This document shows positions 29,258-39,527 of a stretch of DNA of 64,000 nt, piece after piece. The position numbers and the translations under genes are program-made. Position 1 is the stretch's first letter, and every line of letters begins with the position of its first letter. The DNA comes from SAR202 cluster bacterium (GTDB lineage: Bacteria > Chloroflexota > Dehalococcoidia > Lucifugimonadales > UBA2962). The notes below the pieces were generated by a model. It saw only the letters and a program-made list of their open reading frames with translations, did not search any database and was not told where the DNA came from. The DNA is taken from assembly GCA_009392275.1 (NCBI GenBank), contig VFGV01000004.1, forward strand, positions 290-64,289. Reading direction: 5' to 3'.

Positions 29258-30532
29258 TTACCAAAAGGCATCATTTTCATTAAAAGATTCCATGTATGTT
29301 TTCACGTTATTTAAAAAGCTAGCGGCATCACTTCCATCCATGATTCTATGGTCAAAGCTAAGCGATAAATTCATTATTGATCTGATTTCAATAGCTTCTT
29401 GCTGATTAACTTGTAACTGTATATCACTTCTACTGGAATCCAGAGGCACTACCATAGGCTTCTTGATAATTTTTTCAGTAGTCATAATTGCCGCTTGCCC
29501 AGGTACAATAATTGGTTTTGATAAGTTAGATCCCAAGGATCCAGTATTATTTATAGTGAATGTTCCAGACGCCACATCTGAGTGCGATAAATCACCTGCA
29601 TTCGCTGCATTAACTAATCGATGTATCTCAGCAGCAATAGACTTAACTGACATATCAAAAACATTTTTGATAACTGGAACTATAAGACCAGACGAGCTAG
29701 CTACAGCCACACCCATATTCAATTCATTATGCTTAAAAATTTTGTCGTTTTCTATATATGAATTAAGGACAAGGTTCTCTTTTATTCCTTTTGCTGTGGC
29801 CCATATCGCAAAAGCTAAAATTGTAATCGGATATCCATTAGTCTGAAGAAATTTTAACTTTATAGACTCCCTTAAAATACATAGTTTTGTCACGTCTGCT
29901 TCTATGCTTACCCATGCATCTGGAATGTCAGTAGTACTTTTTAACATATTCTGAGCAATCGTTTTTCTAATTGGATCCATTATTTGACCCAAATTTTCTT
30001 GAATAGCTGAATGTTTAGAAACATACTTATCGTCGTTTATAAAACCTTCCACATCTTTCCTTGTGATTCGACCATTTTTCCCCGTGCCACACACTTCCGT
30101 TAGGTCTATGTCATATTTTTCTATTAGTTTCTTTACAGCTGGAGACAATTTAGAATTCGAACCTTTTTGTCCTACCTCGCCTTTCAAGTTAGTTTGGGGA
30201 ACGTTAGCCGATCCGGTTGGCCCCACTGGAGCAATGTCAGAAACAAAGCCTCCGATAGTATCCAGATGTGGTATTGCAGAGATTTCGCTATCGATCTGGT
30301 CAGAAGTTTCGATTGTAGCAATTACTGCTCCAACTAAAACTGTTTCACCCTCATTTACTACAATTTTCGTAATTTTGCCTGAAATTGGAGATGGCATCTC
30401 GACATTTACCTTGTCTGTAATTACCTCTACTAAAGGGTGATACTTCTCAATATTATCGCCTTCAGACACCAGCCATTTGCCGATTATACCTTCGGTAATA
30501 GATTCTCCAAGTTGAGGCAACAAGATGTCCAT
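29258..30532 (-). CDS. dihydrolipoamide acyltransferase E2 (BCKDH-type cluster)
   Basis: 424 aa. N-terminal lipoyl domain (VITDKVNVEMPSP), an E3/E1-binding domain (SPAVKKLIEKYDIDL) and a catalytic domain ending in SFDHRIMDG. Confidence 0.9.
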   Translation of the reverse strand: MDILLPQLGESITEGIIGKWLVSEGDNIEKYHPLVEVITDKVNVEMPSPISGKITKIVVNEGETVLVGAVIATIETSDQIDSEISAIPHLDTIGGFVSDIAPVGPTGSANVPQTNLKGEVGQKGSNSKLSPAVKKLIEKYDIDLTEVCGTGKNGRITRKDVEGFINDDKYVSKHSAIQENLGQIMDPIRKTIAQNMLKSTTDIPDAWVSIEADVTKLCILRESIKLKFLQTNGYPITILAFAIWATAKGIKENLVLNSYIENDKIFKHNELNMGVAVASSSGLIVPVIKNVFDMSVKSIAAEIHRLVNAANAGDLSHSDVASGTFTINNTGSLGSNLSKPIIVPGQAAIMTTEKIIKKPMVVPLDSSRSDIQLQVNQQEAIEIRSIMNLSLSFDHRIMDGSDAASFLNNVKTYMESFNENDAFW

Positions 30533-30534
30533 GA

Positions 30535-31518
30535 TTAGTACTCTGATAACTCTTTTAGTGCTTCTATTATGTCTGATGTTGTAATCATAAACTGGCTTTC
30601 CAAAGTTGGGCTAAATGGCATTGCTGGAACCTCTGGTCCAGCCAACCTTCTGATAGGCGCGTCTAGTGAATCGAAAACATTCTCAGCCAATATAGCAGAT
30701 ATCTCCGCTCCTATACCTAAAGCTAATGTATCTTCATGTACTATTAAAGCTTTACCAGTTTTCATGACAGAACCTATGACGGTATCTTGGTCAATCGGCC
30801 TCAATGTACGAAGGTCGATTACTTCCACATCAACATTCCCCTTTTTTAAACTTCTAGCGGCCTCAACGCAATGATGCAACATCAGGCCATATGTGATCAA
30901 GGTTATATCCGTACCTTGTAATTTGACATCAGCTTTACCAATCGGCACAGTATATTCTTCTTCAGGGATATTACCTTTCACGAGACGATATGTTTTTTTA
31001 TGCTCTAAAAAAATTACCGGATCATCATCTCTAATTGCAGTCTTTAATAGACCTTTCGCATCAAATGGAGTTGCAGGAGCCACAACTTTTAATCCAGGAG
31101 TATGGGCAAAATATGCCTCCGGGCTTTGAGAATGATATAAGCCTCCTCTTATACCCCCACCATAAGGAGCTCTTAAAACTAGGGGGGCTTGTAATTTTCC
31201 TTCTGTGCCATATCGAAGCCTTGCCGCCTCTCCCAGAATTTGATTGAAAACCGGCCAGATAAAATCTGCAAACTCAATCTCAGCTATCGGCCGCATGCCT
31301 CTCATGGCAGCCCCTAAAGCCACTCCTGCAATAGCAGATTCCGAAATCGGCGTATCTATTACTCGCTTCGCCCCGAAAACCTCAAGAAATCCATCAGTTG
31401 CTAAAAACACTCCTCCCCTGACTCCTATATCCTCTCCCAAAATAAAGACGCTTTGATCTCTATCCATTTCTTCATACATAGCCTGGCGAACGGCTTCAAT
31501 TAGATTTATTTCTTGCAT
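30535..31518 (-). CDS. 2-oxoacid dehydrogenase E1 beta subunit
   Basis: 327 aa. Transketolase-like pyrimidine-binding and C-terminal domains (GEDIGVRGGVF, DTPISE, VIDLRTLRP). Confidence 0.95.
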   Translation of the reverse strand: MQEINLIEAVRQAMYEEMDRDQSVFILGEDIGVRGGVFLATDGFLEVFGAKRVIDTPISESAIAGVALGAAMRGMRPIAEIEFADFIWPVFNQILGEAARLRYGTEGKLQAPLVLRAPYGGGIRGGLYHSQSPEAYFAHTPGLKVVAPATPFDAKGLLKTAIRDDDPVIFLEHKKTYRLVKGNIPEEEYTVPIGKADVKLQGTDITLITYGLMLHHCVEAARSLKKGNVDVEVIDLRTLRPIDQDTVIGSVMKTGKALIVHEDTLALGIGAEISAILAENVFDSLDAPIRRLAGPEVPAMPFSPTLESQFMITTSDIIEALKELSEY

Positions 31519-31542
31519 TAGACAATCCTACAATTTCTAACA

Positions 31543-32544
31543 TTATGAATATACGTGATCATAAAATCCTTCCGGATCTGGATATGGTGCCGACTCGCCA
31601 TATTCGGTTGCATCATCTATGCTAGCTTTTACTAAATCATGAATTTCAAGGTCGATTGCATCAGTCAAAATATCCTCTCTTTTTAGTCTCTGTTTCAATA
31701 TTTGCACTGGATCTTTTTCTTTTGCTTTCGCCAGCTCATCTTCAGATCTATACCTCTTATCATCATCATCACCAGTATGTGGTAAGTATCGCTCTACAAT
31801 TCCTTCAATTAAAGTTGGTCCTTCTCCTTTCCTGGCACGCTTAGCTGCAGCAGAAACAACTTTAAATACTTCACTCACATTAGTGCCGTCGATCGTAAAA
31901 CCAGGCATGTTATAACTAACTGCTCTAACAGATACATTTTTAACGGCCATCTGTTTTTCGAGGGGCACAGAAATAGCATAACCATTATTTTCACAAATAA
32001 ACAATACAGGTAATTTATGAACAGAAGCGAAGTTCATTGCCTCATGGCAATCACCTGTAGAAGAAGCTCCATCACCAAAATACACTGCTACAACCGCATC
32101 TGATTGTTGTTGTACACAAGCTAAAGCTGCACCTACTGCTTGCGGTAGCTGAGTTGCAACAACATTAGATAAATTAACCAGACCTAAATCTGGTATAGCA
32201 CCTTGAGTAGGAAATTGCCTAGAACCACTCATGGGTTCTCCTGATTTCGCCATATATCCGAGAATTATTTCTCTTGGAGTTACCCCCAAAGCAACCATAA
32301 CTGCAAGATCCCTATAATAAGTGTAAAAAAGGTCTTCACCTTTCCGCAAAGCATAAACGGAAGCTACTTGCAAAGCCTCATGTCCTTGCGAAGAAGCTAC
32401 CAATGCAGCACGTCCCTGACGATTTAGCTGCCAAACTCTTTGATCCAACAATCTACTTTTAACCATAGTTGTATACATATTGAGTAGTAAATTAGAAGTA
32501 TTTGAGTCTTGTAAATGGAAATCTTCAGTCTTTTGTTTAGGCAT
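31543..32544 (-). CDS. 2-oxoacid (branched-chain-type) dehydrogenase E1 alpha subunit
   Basis: TPP motif GDGASSTGDCHEAMNFA...FICENNGYAIS. The track ORF extends to 32574, but I prefer the internal Met (MPKQKT...) at 32544. That start choice is uncertain. Confidence 0.85.
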   Translation of the reverse strand: MPKQKTEDFHLQDSNTSNLLLNMYTTMVKSRLLDQRVWQLNRQGRAALVASSQGHEALQVASVYALRKGEDLFYTYYRDLAVMVALGVTPREIILGYMAKSGEPMSGSRQFPTQGAIPDLGLVNLSNVVATQLPQAVGAALACVQQQSDAVVAVYFGDGASSTGDCHEAMNFASVHKLPVLFICENNGYAISVPLEKQMAVKNVSVRAVSYNMPGFTIDGTNVSEVFKVVSAAAKRARKGEGPTLIEGIVERYLPHTGDDDDKRYRSEDELAKAKEKDPVQILKQRLKREDILTDAIDLEIHDLVKASIDDATEYGESAPYPDPEGFYDHVYS

Positions 32545-32595
32545 GAATTGGATTATACAATGTCGAAATATCATTACCCTAAAGGAGATAAAGGC

Positions 32596-32883
32596 TTGTC
32601 AACTTACATGATCGGAGAAGTTAATGTTAACGAACCAGAAAAATACAAGAATTACATAACCGAAGTGCCTAAGATATCAGCGAAATTTGGCGCTAAATAC
32701 TTGGTGAGAGGAGGAGATATCACAATACATGAAGGCAGCTGGAAACCCCGACGTGTCGTTGTAATAGAATTTCCCAATCGCAAAGCTGCCATGGATTTTT
32801 ATAATGGATCCGAATATGCACCTTGGAAAAAAATAAGAGGTAAATACACAGATTCAAAGATTATATTTGTGGATGGTGTTTGA
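32596..32883 (+). CDS. DUF1330 domain protein
   Basis: YLVRGGDITIHEGSWKPRRVVVIEFPNRKAAMDFYNGSEYAPWKKIR matches the DUF1330 pattern. SD aaaGGAGa lies 8 nt upstream of TTG 32596. ATG 32608 is an alternative start. The longer track ORF from 32515 is unlikely. Confidence 0.75.
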   Translation: MSTYMIGEVNVNEPEKYKNYITEVPKISAKFGAKYLVRGGDITIHEGSWKPRRVVVIEFPNRKAAMDFYNGSEYAPWKKIRGKYTDSKIIFVDGV

Positions 32884-32889
32884 TATATC

Positions 32890-34053
32890 TCAACCGCTTA
32901 TGTATTTGTCATAAGCTTGGCCAAGTCTATTTATCCCTTCTGTAATATCCTCAATATCAGAGAGAGCAAAACAGAGCCTGATACAATTCGAAAATAGGTT
33001 TTGACCAGAAAATGCTACTCCCGGTCTTAAAGTTACCCCTTGATCAAGTGCTAACTTTTCTAGGACTATTGCGTCTATTCCTTGCGGAAACTTAATCCAA
33101 AAATAGTAGCCTCCTTGTGGCATAGAAAATTCAGCGTCAGGAATGCGAGTTTTCAGCGCCGTTGACATAATTTCCATTCTGGATTTATATGTACTTTTCA
33201 AGTGATTAACGTGCTTAGCTAAAATTCCTTTACGAATAGCGATATCAACGATAGCGCCAGCAAAATTATTATTTCCTCCGCTAAAGTTGGATCCTGAATT
33301 AGTAAACTTATCCACTAAATCTGGGCTTGCCTGAATCCATCCTAGCTTTATACCAGGAGCAAGTATCTTTGAAAATGATCCGAGCGAAGCTACATGTCCT
33401 GTATTTGAATCATCCAATGTGGCCATTGTGGGCGGAGGTGGATCTCCATAATAAAGTAAATGATAAGCTTCATCAGCAGCAATTAAAAAGTCATGTTTTT
33501 TCGCCAATTGAATGATCTCATTGCGCCTTGTCAAAGACATTACACTTCCCATGGGATTATGAAACGACGGAATGAGATACAAAAGCTTAACATTGCCTCT
33601 GTATGAGTCGATTATTTGTTCAAGGTTTTCAATTTTCATTCCTTCAGAATCTGTTGGAACACCAACTATATTTAATCTGTGATCAATTAAAATCTGTCGG
33701 ACAAGATAGTAACTAGGTTCTTCAACTAATACAGTATTTCCTTCTCCTGTGAATAACGTACAAGCAAGATCCAGGCCATGAGATGCACCATATCCAATAT
33801 ATAATTCCTCTGGTTTAATTATTCTGGTATAAGATTTATCCTCAGATAAATATTGACTTAGTGATCCAATCAGGGGCCCATATCCTTGGTATCCACTATA
33901 TTGGAGCGCTGAAATTTCATTGTTCATAAAAATTGCATCAATAGCAGGCTGGAGTTCATATAACGGATGTAAATTGTCAGAAGGGTGACCCCAGGCAAGA
34001 TCAATAATCCCGTCACTTCGAGAAAGCATGATTTTGGGAAATAAATCATTCAT
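32890..34053 (-). CDS. class I/II PLP-dependent aminotransferase
   Basis: 387 aa. SFSKILAPGIKLGWI PLP-lysine motif. Confidence 0.85.
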   Translation of the reverse strand: MNDLFPKIMLSRSDGIIDLAWGHPSDNLHPLYELQPAIDAIFMNNEISALQYSGYQGYGPLIGSLSQYLSEDKSYTRIIKPEELYIGYGASHGLDLACTLFTGEGNTVLVEEPSYYLVRQILIDHRLNIVGVPTDSEGMKIENLEQIIDSYRGNVKLLYLIPSFHNPMGSVMSLTRRNEIIQLAKKHDFLIAADEAYHLLYYGDPPPPTMATLDDSNTGHVASLGSFSKILAPGIKLGWIQASPDLVDKFTNSGSNFSGGNNNFAGAIVDIAIRKGILAKHVNHLKSTYKSRMEIMSTALKTRIPDAEFSMPQGGYYFWIKFPQGIDAIVLEKLALDQGVTLRPGVAFSGQNLFSNCIRLCFALSDIEDITEGINRLGQAYDKYISG

Positions 34054-34106
34054 AAAATAAATCTCTGATCTTCAACATGCTGCCTTTAGATAATCATTAT
34101 AGAAAA

Positions 34107-35012
34107 TCATAAATGTGCAATGTATTGGCCAACAATATCAATACCTACCATTCCCGAATATGCATCCATTAAACGTTTGGTTAAAGGTCCAGGCACATCT
34201 GGGTTCTCAGGCTTTGAGCCATTAACAGAAGCCACTGGACATATACAATAACTCGTAGAAGTCACAAAAATTTCGTCTGCAGTGTACGCGTCATATAGAT
34301 CGAGGTTTTTTTCTTTGACGTTTATACCTAATTCATTTGCCAAATCAATTGTGACTTGGCGGCTAATGCCAGCCAAAATATATTGCTCATGGGGAGTAAA
34401 CACCTCTCCATCCTTGACCAGAAAAAGATTGGCTCCCATGCCCTCACACAAGTTGCCGTTAATATCCAGCATTAATGCTGAAGCATTAGGGTTCTGGGAT
34501 TTAACTTCCAGGTCAGCTTGTACGATATTTATATAATTATGAACTTTAGCTCGAGGGCTTTGAGACACAGGCGGAGTACGTCTTACAGAGGGAGTTACAA
34601 GCTGCAAGCCATCTTTGTAAAGTGGCGCACGTTGCTTTAAAGGTAATGGAAAGGTTTCTATCACAACCGTCGGAGCAGAAAGGCCTCCTAGGTCTTGCCG
34701 GACCCCACGGCTAACCCTCTGAGATACCCAGTAATCCTCATTGTCTCCTAATAAGGGCAAGTTTCGTTCCAAAACTTCCATTGTAATTTCACTCATTTCG
34801 TCTTGAGTCATCAATGGATCAATCCTCATGTATTTTAAAGATTGGAAGAAACGATCAAGGTGTTGCTCAAGTCTAAATATCTTTCCACCAAATGTTCTTG
34901 TTGTATCAAACACCGCATCTCCGTAAAGGAATCCCACATCATTGTAAGAAACTTTAGCTTCTATTTCAGGAACTATTTCCCCATTCACATAAGCTACTCT
35001 CTTATTATTCAT
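34107..35012 (-). CDS. class IV branched-chain amino acid aminotransferase-like
   Basis: 301 aa. DVGFLYGDAVFDTTRTFGGKIFRLEQHLDRF motif. Confidence 0.85.
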   Translation of the reverse strand: MNNKRVAYVNGEIVPEIEAKVSYNDVGFLYGDAVFDTTRTFGGKIFRLEQHLDRFFQSLKYMRIDPLMTQDEMSEITMEVLERNLPLLGDNEDYWVSQRVSRGVRQDLGGLSAPTVVIETFPLPLKQRAPLYKDGLQLVTPSVRRTPPVSQSPRAKVHNYINIVQADLEVKSQNPNASALMLDINGNLCEGMGANLFLVKDGEVFTPHEQYILAGISRQVTIDLANELGINVKEKNLDLYDAYTADEIFVTSTSYCICPVASVNGSKPENPDVPGPLTKRLMDAYSGMVGIDIVGQYIAHL

Positions 35013-35266
35013 AACCTTTTTCTCCGTTGCTCACTTTAGCAATTCCAAGTAGTTTTCAAAAATCTATTTGTACAAATATCCAATTTCCGCTTCTTTTTGT
35101 CAGCATATTAGCATAATTAAGTAAGCCGTGATTTTTTCTAAGAACAATATCTGTGGAACGTTGAAAAATTGCGCACCAAACCATGATTAAACTTCAATGA
35201 AATAGTGTGATTATCAAGTATAGTGGTTAACATATTGGTATAAAGTTAATCAACTTGGTGATAAAT

Positions 35267-36196
35267 ATGCGCTTAATATTTATGGGATCTCCAAAATTTG
35301 CCTTGCCCGTACTGAAAAATTTAATTGACAGCCATCATAATTTGGTAGGTATTTATACTCAGCCGGATAAGCCAGCTGGGCGGGGCAGGCAAATGAAATC
35401 GCCTGAAGTAAAGTTGTTTGCAAAAGATTTAGGTTTTGATGTTCATCAGCCTCCCTCTTTAAAGGACTCCAAGATATATGAAGAGATATCTCAACTGAAA
35501 CCTGACCTGATTATTGTTGCGGCATATGGAAAACTTATACCAAAAGAATTACTTTCTATCCCAAAGTTTGGATTCTGGAATTTACATCCTTCCATTTTGC
35601 CGGAGTATCGAGGTCCATCGCCGGTAATTTCAGCAATTTTAGATGGTAAAGCATCAACAGGAGTAACTTTAATGCAAATGGATGAGGGCTTAGATACAGG
35701 ACCAATAATTGAACAAGAACAATTTGAACTAAATACAACTGATTCGGCTGAAGAAATCACAGGAAAGTTATTCGTAATTGGAGGAGAAATGTTAATGAAA
35801 AATATACCGAATTTAATTAGTGGAAGTGTGACACAAAAACCACAATCAACCGATCTCGCCACAATAACAAACTTGGTGAAAAAATCAGATGGCCTAATTA
35901 ACTGGAATGACACAGCAGAGCACATAATTCGTATGGAACGAGCTTACAGAAACTGGCCTGGTATATATACCAAATGGAAAAATAAAACTATTAAAATACT
36001 TGAGCTTAAAGTTAACAAATTAGATGAATCATGTGAAGCGCCAGGTAAAGTTAAAAAGTTGGAAGATAAACTCATAATTCAAACAAAAAACGGAAGTCTA
36101 ATAATCTCCAAACTAAAACTAGAAGGCAAGAAGGAGGTATCAGGTGTTGACTTTATCTCAGGATACCCTGATTTCATAAACGCCCAGCTGCAATAA
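35267..36196 (+). CDS. fmt: methionyl-tRNA formyltransferase
   Basis: MRLIFMGSPKFALPVL..., HPSILPEYRGPSP (SLLP-type motif). ATG 35267 fits the family N-terminus better than the track's TTG 35255. Confidence 0.9.
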   Translation: MRLIFMGSPKFALPVLKNLIDSHHNLVGIYTQPDKPAGRGRQMKSPEVKLFAKDLGFDVHQPPSLKDSKIYEEISQLKPDLIIVAAYGKLIPKELLSIPKFGFWNLHPSILPEYRGPSPVISAILDGKASTGVTLMQMDEGLDTGPIIEQEQFELNTTDSAEEITGKLFVIGGEMLMKNIPNLISGSVTQKPQSTDLATITNLVKKSDGLINWNDTAEHIIRMERAYRNWPGIYTKWKNKTIKILELKVNKLDESCEAPGKVKKLEDKLIIQTKNGSLIISKLKLEGKKEVSGVDFISGYPDFINAQLQ

Positions 36197-36217
36197 AAAA
36201 ACTAGGATTGCTTCAAC

Positions 36218-36823
36218 TCAACGGCTCAGGTCAAAATCTAGCTTGCCCTGCTTGAAGCACCCAATTCTATGATCGTTTACTAATCCGACAGATTGAATAT
36301 ACGCATATATTATGGTGGGGCCACAGAATTTAAATCCTCTTAGTTTCATGTCTTGAGAAATTTCTTCAGCCGGCTCCAGCACAGCTGGCACAATGTCATT
36401 TTGGTTCCAAGAATTTACTTTTGGTACGTTATCCACAAAAGACCATAAATATTCATCAAACCCAACGTATTCATCTTCAATCAATAATATGCGTTGTGCG
36501 TTATTAACAATTGAGTTGATTTTAGTTCTATTTCGTATTAATGACTTATTATGAATTAACTCTAAAATTTTATGTTCTGAATAATTGGCAACTTTAGAGA
36601 TTTCAAAATCATCAAAAGCGAGTTTAAATGACTCCCTTTTTTTCCATACCATCCACCAATTTAAGCCTGCCTGCATGCCACTAAGGGATAAAAATTCAAA
36701 AAGACGTCGTGCATTTTTTGAGGGAGTTCCCCAATACTTGTCATGATAGTCCAATTGCATTTTGTCATATACGTTTTCATGACATCGTTTTAGTTTCAAA
36801 TCTTCAGATGACATATGATTCAA
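36218..36823 (-). CDS. tag: DNA-3-methyladenine glycosylase I
   Basis: 201 aa. YHDKYWGTP, LSGMQAGLNW, and C-terminal Cys/His zinc ligands. Confidence 0.9.
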   Translation of the reverse strand: MNHMSSEDLKLKRCHENVYDKMQLDYHDKYWGTPSKNARRLFEFLSLSGMQAGLNWWMVWKKRESFKLAFDDFEISKVANYSEHKILELIHNKSLIRNRTKINSIVNNAQRILLIEDEYVGFDEYLWSFVDNVPKVNSWNQNDIVPAVLEPAEEISQDMKLRGFKFCGPTIIYAYIQSVGLVNDHRIGCFKQGKLDFDLSR

Positions 36824-36846
36824 CTGATCAGAAATCTGAGTCTATT

Positions 36847-38517
36847 TTAAAGTGAACCATCAATTGAAATATCTAGAACGGCCGGTTTTTTTGATTTGAT
36901 GGCTTTAGTTAATTCAGGTCCGATCTTGAGAGGGTCTGTTATGCGAACACCTTTTACACCCATAGCTTCAGCTAAACCTGCCATATCCAACGCTTTGGGA
37001 AAATCCATAGCTAAATACTTGCTGGGATTTTGAGAGTCACCTAAAACAAGGTCTTTGTATATATCCATGTTAACCTTTAGTACTCGGTAACTTTGATTGT
37101 TACAAATCACGTATACAACTGGAATGTTTTCAATAGCAGCAGTATAAAAAGCTTGAACAGTCATCATTGCAGAGCCATCTCCAACAATAGCAACAACCGG
37201 TCGATCAGGATTGGCCAACTTTGCACCAATACCCGCTCCTAATCCCCATCCTATCGCTCCTCCTCTTTCGCCAAATATTTGTCCGGGTTGATTAAATTCA
37301 ATATTTTCGAAGACGGCCCCCCTGGTTGTTACCGAATCGTCCACTATAACCGTATTCCCCGGAATACAATTAGCTATCTCATGCATCATCCTCGAAGCGG
37401 ACATTGGTGATGATTTCCAACTTTGCCTAGATCTATTTACTGCGGACTCCCTCTCTACTTTAATTTTAGAGGCTATCCTTTCAATACGGCCTTGGCTATC
37501 TTCTTGATATGATCCCGATGATTTTTTGTTCAATGCTTGTAAAAGCTCTGCCATTCCAGTTTTTGGGTCAGATATTATACCTACATCCGTAGGTTCATTA
37601 TTACCTATAACACTTGAATCGATATCAATATGAACTAATTTTGTTTTTTCAGGTATCGTGTTTCCTCCTTCATCAGCAAAGAAAAAATATCCCGAAAAAA
37701 CATTACCAATAGCTAAAACTGAGTCATAATCTTTCAACAATTCTTTAGTTTCAGGAAACCCCCACTTCATAAAGCCTTTGAACATTGGATGCTTCGACGG
37801 AAAATTCATCTCGGAGTAATAAGTCGCATACACTGGTGCACCAAGTTTCTCAGCTAACTTGACTGCCTCTTCAGCGCCAGCAGATTGAGCAACCCTGTCT
37901 CCAACTAGCATTATCGGGTTTTTGCTGTCCAGCAAGATATCTGCTGCATCTGATATCGCTTCTTTGTCAGGATGAAGCCTAAAATATCCTTCACAATTCG
38001 AAACTATTTCCATATCCGCCTCTTCATCAAGCGAATTGGCGGAAAATGCTATAAATGTTGGGCCTGTTGGCGGTGTTCTAGCTTCATTAAAAGCTTTGCG
38101 AACTGCGCCAGGGATTTGTTCAGGGTGTGTTAACTCAACACTCCATTTAGTAAACAACTTCACCATCTCAGCTAAAGGCGTACGTCCTTCCACTAATTTA
38201 CGCATATCCTTGTTTCCAGCTGTAAGAACTAAAGGGGTACCTCCAGCAGCTGCATTATGTAAAAGACTTATCCCATTAGCTAATCCGGTCTCTATGTGAA
38301 GGTTGACAAATGCGGGTTTACCAGTTGAACGCGCATAGGTATCAGCTGCTCCCATTGCAACACCCTCTTGAGTTGCTAATATGTATTTCAAATTGGGATA
38401 GTCTTCCAAAGCATCCATTATGGCTCCTTCAGACGTTCCGGGATTTCCAAATATATACTCAACACCTTCAGCGGTTAGCATCTCAAGCAATGCCTTCTTA
38501 CCTGTCATTCTAGTCAT
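36847..38517 (-). CDS. thiamine-pyrophosphate-dependent enzyme (acetolactate synthase large subunit-like; substrate unknown)
   Basis: 556 aa. N-terminal TPP-pyrimidine domain and the GDGSAMMT...NNQSY TPP-binding motif. Confidence 0.85.
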   Translation of the reverse strand: MTRMTGKKALLEMLTAEGVEYIFGNPGTSEGAIMDALEDYPNLKYILATQEGVAMGAADTYARSTGKPAFVNLHIETGLANGISLLHNAAAGGTPLVLTAGNKDMRKLVEGRTPLAEMVKLFTKWSVELTHPEQIPGAVRKAFNEARTPPTGPTFIAFSANSLDEEADMEIVSNCEGYFRLHPDKEAISDAADILLDSKNPIMLVGDRVAQSAGAEEAVKLAEKLGAPVYATYYSEMNFPSKHPMFKGFMKWGFPETKELLKDYDSVLAIGNVFSGYFFFADEGGNTIPEKTKLVHIDIDSSVIGNNEPTDVGIISDPKTGMAELLQALNKKSSGSYQEDSQGRIERIASKIKVERESAVNRSRQSWKSSPMSASRMMHEIANCIPGNTVIVDDSVTTRGAVFENIEFNQPGQIFGERGGAIGWGLGAGIGAKLANPDRPVVAIVGDGSAMMTVQAFYTAAIENIPVVYVICNNQSYRVLKVNMDIYKDLVLGDSQNPSKYLAMDFPKALDMAGLAEAMGVKGVRITDPLKIGPELTKAIKSKKPAVLDISIDGSL

Positions 38518-38751
38518 TAAGCACCTTCCTAATAATAAAACTTATGGTTATTTAAGCTAATAAAATTCAGCTGTTAAATTAGCTATCTCATTGCAAAAAC
38601 AAGGCAAATCATTGCTACATCACGCCAATCGGGATTCTGTTAAGAAGACTAGAACTCATAATTTAACCTTATGCGATGCGATTTTTTTACAAATTAAAAT
38701 GTCTGAACATAATATAATCAAGGTATCCAATCAGCAAGAAAACCTGCTAGT

Positions 38752-39525
38752 TTACTTTTCAATATTAAATATGATGGGTCTATTGCCTTCGGTACTGTAC
38801 TGCACTTCAACGATTGTGTCATACACCTTATTGATGTTATCAACGGTCAAAACAATTTCTGGTAAACCTTCTGCATATACAGAGCCATTTAACAACATAA
38901 CCAATTTGTCACACCATTGCGCTGCTAAAGTTAGATCATGCATAGCCATTATGATGGTAGTCTGATTTTGACGACTTGTTTCCTTTATCAGAGACATCAA
39001 TATGGCTTGATTACGTAAGTCTAGGTTTGCCGTAGGTTCATCTAATAACAAAATCTGTGTTTCCTGAGCTAATGCCATAGCGATAAATGCCGATTGACGT
39101 TCGCCACCCGAAAGATAATCTAATGGCCGATCAATATACTCTGTTAAACCTGTTTTCAACAAAGCTTTCTCTGCAATCAAAAAGTCCTCTGGCTTACCCC
39201 ATTCAATTAAACTTAGATATGGATTCCGCCCCATCATCACTAATTCTCCAACCGTAAAACCTTCAGGTGGATCAAGATTTTGAGGAACGCAAGCAAGTAG
39301 TTGTGACCTTTCGCGTGCACTCATTTCATCTATATTTTTGTTATTAACGGTAATTGTGCCTTTCGATAGTTTGTGGGATCCCATTATCAAATTGAATAGA
39401 GTTGTTTTGCCACAGCCATTTGGGCCTACAACAGCAATAACTTCCCCCGCATCAGCTGCGAAGCTTAAATCTCTGATTACATGCTGTTTACCATAAGCGA
39501 ACTCTATCGCATCAATCTTAATCAT
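38752..39525 (-). CDS. ABC ATP-binding protein, FecE/BtuD type
   Basis: 257 aa. GPNGCGKTT, LSGGERQ, LLLDEPT. Last gene of the riboswitch-led operon. Confidence 0.9.
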   Translation of the reverse strand: MIKIDAIEFAYGKQHVIRDLSFAADAGEVIAVVGPNGCGKTTLFNLIMGSHKLSKGTITVNNKNIDEMSARERSQLLACVPQNLDPPEGFTVGELVMMGRNPYLSLIEWGKPEDFLIAEKALLKTGLTEYIDRPLDYLSGGERQSAFIAMALAQETQILLLDEPTANLDLRNQAILMSLIKETSRQNQTTIIMAMHDLTLAAQWCDKLVMLLNGSVYAEGLPEIVLTVDNINKVYDTIVEVQYSTEGNRPIIFNIEK

Positions 39526-39527
39526 GA

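Noticed and set aside
36429-36437. A perfect DnaA-box-like TTATCCACA. I considered it because gyrB and recF, which are often near oriC, are in the window.
   Set aside because: It is a single copy inside the tag coding sequence. There is no cluster of boxes, no AT-rich unwinding element next to it, and no dnaA or dnaN nearby.
38591-38965. A 124-aa plus-strand ORF spanning the spacer between the TPP enzyme and the ABC ATPase.
   Set aside because: More than half of it is antisense to the conserved C-terminus of the BtuD-type ATPase. Composition is low-complexity and there is no SD.
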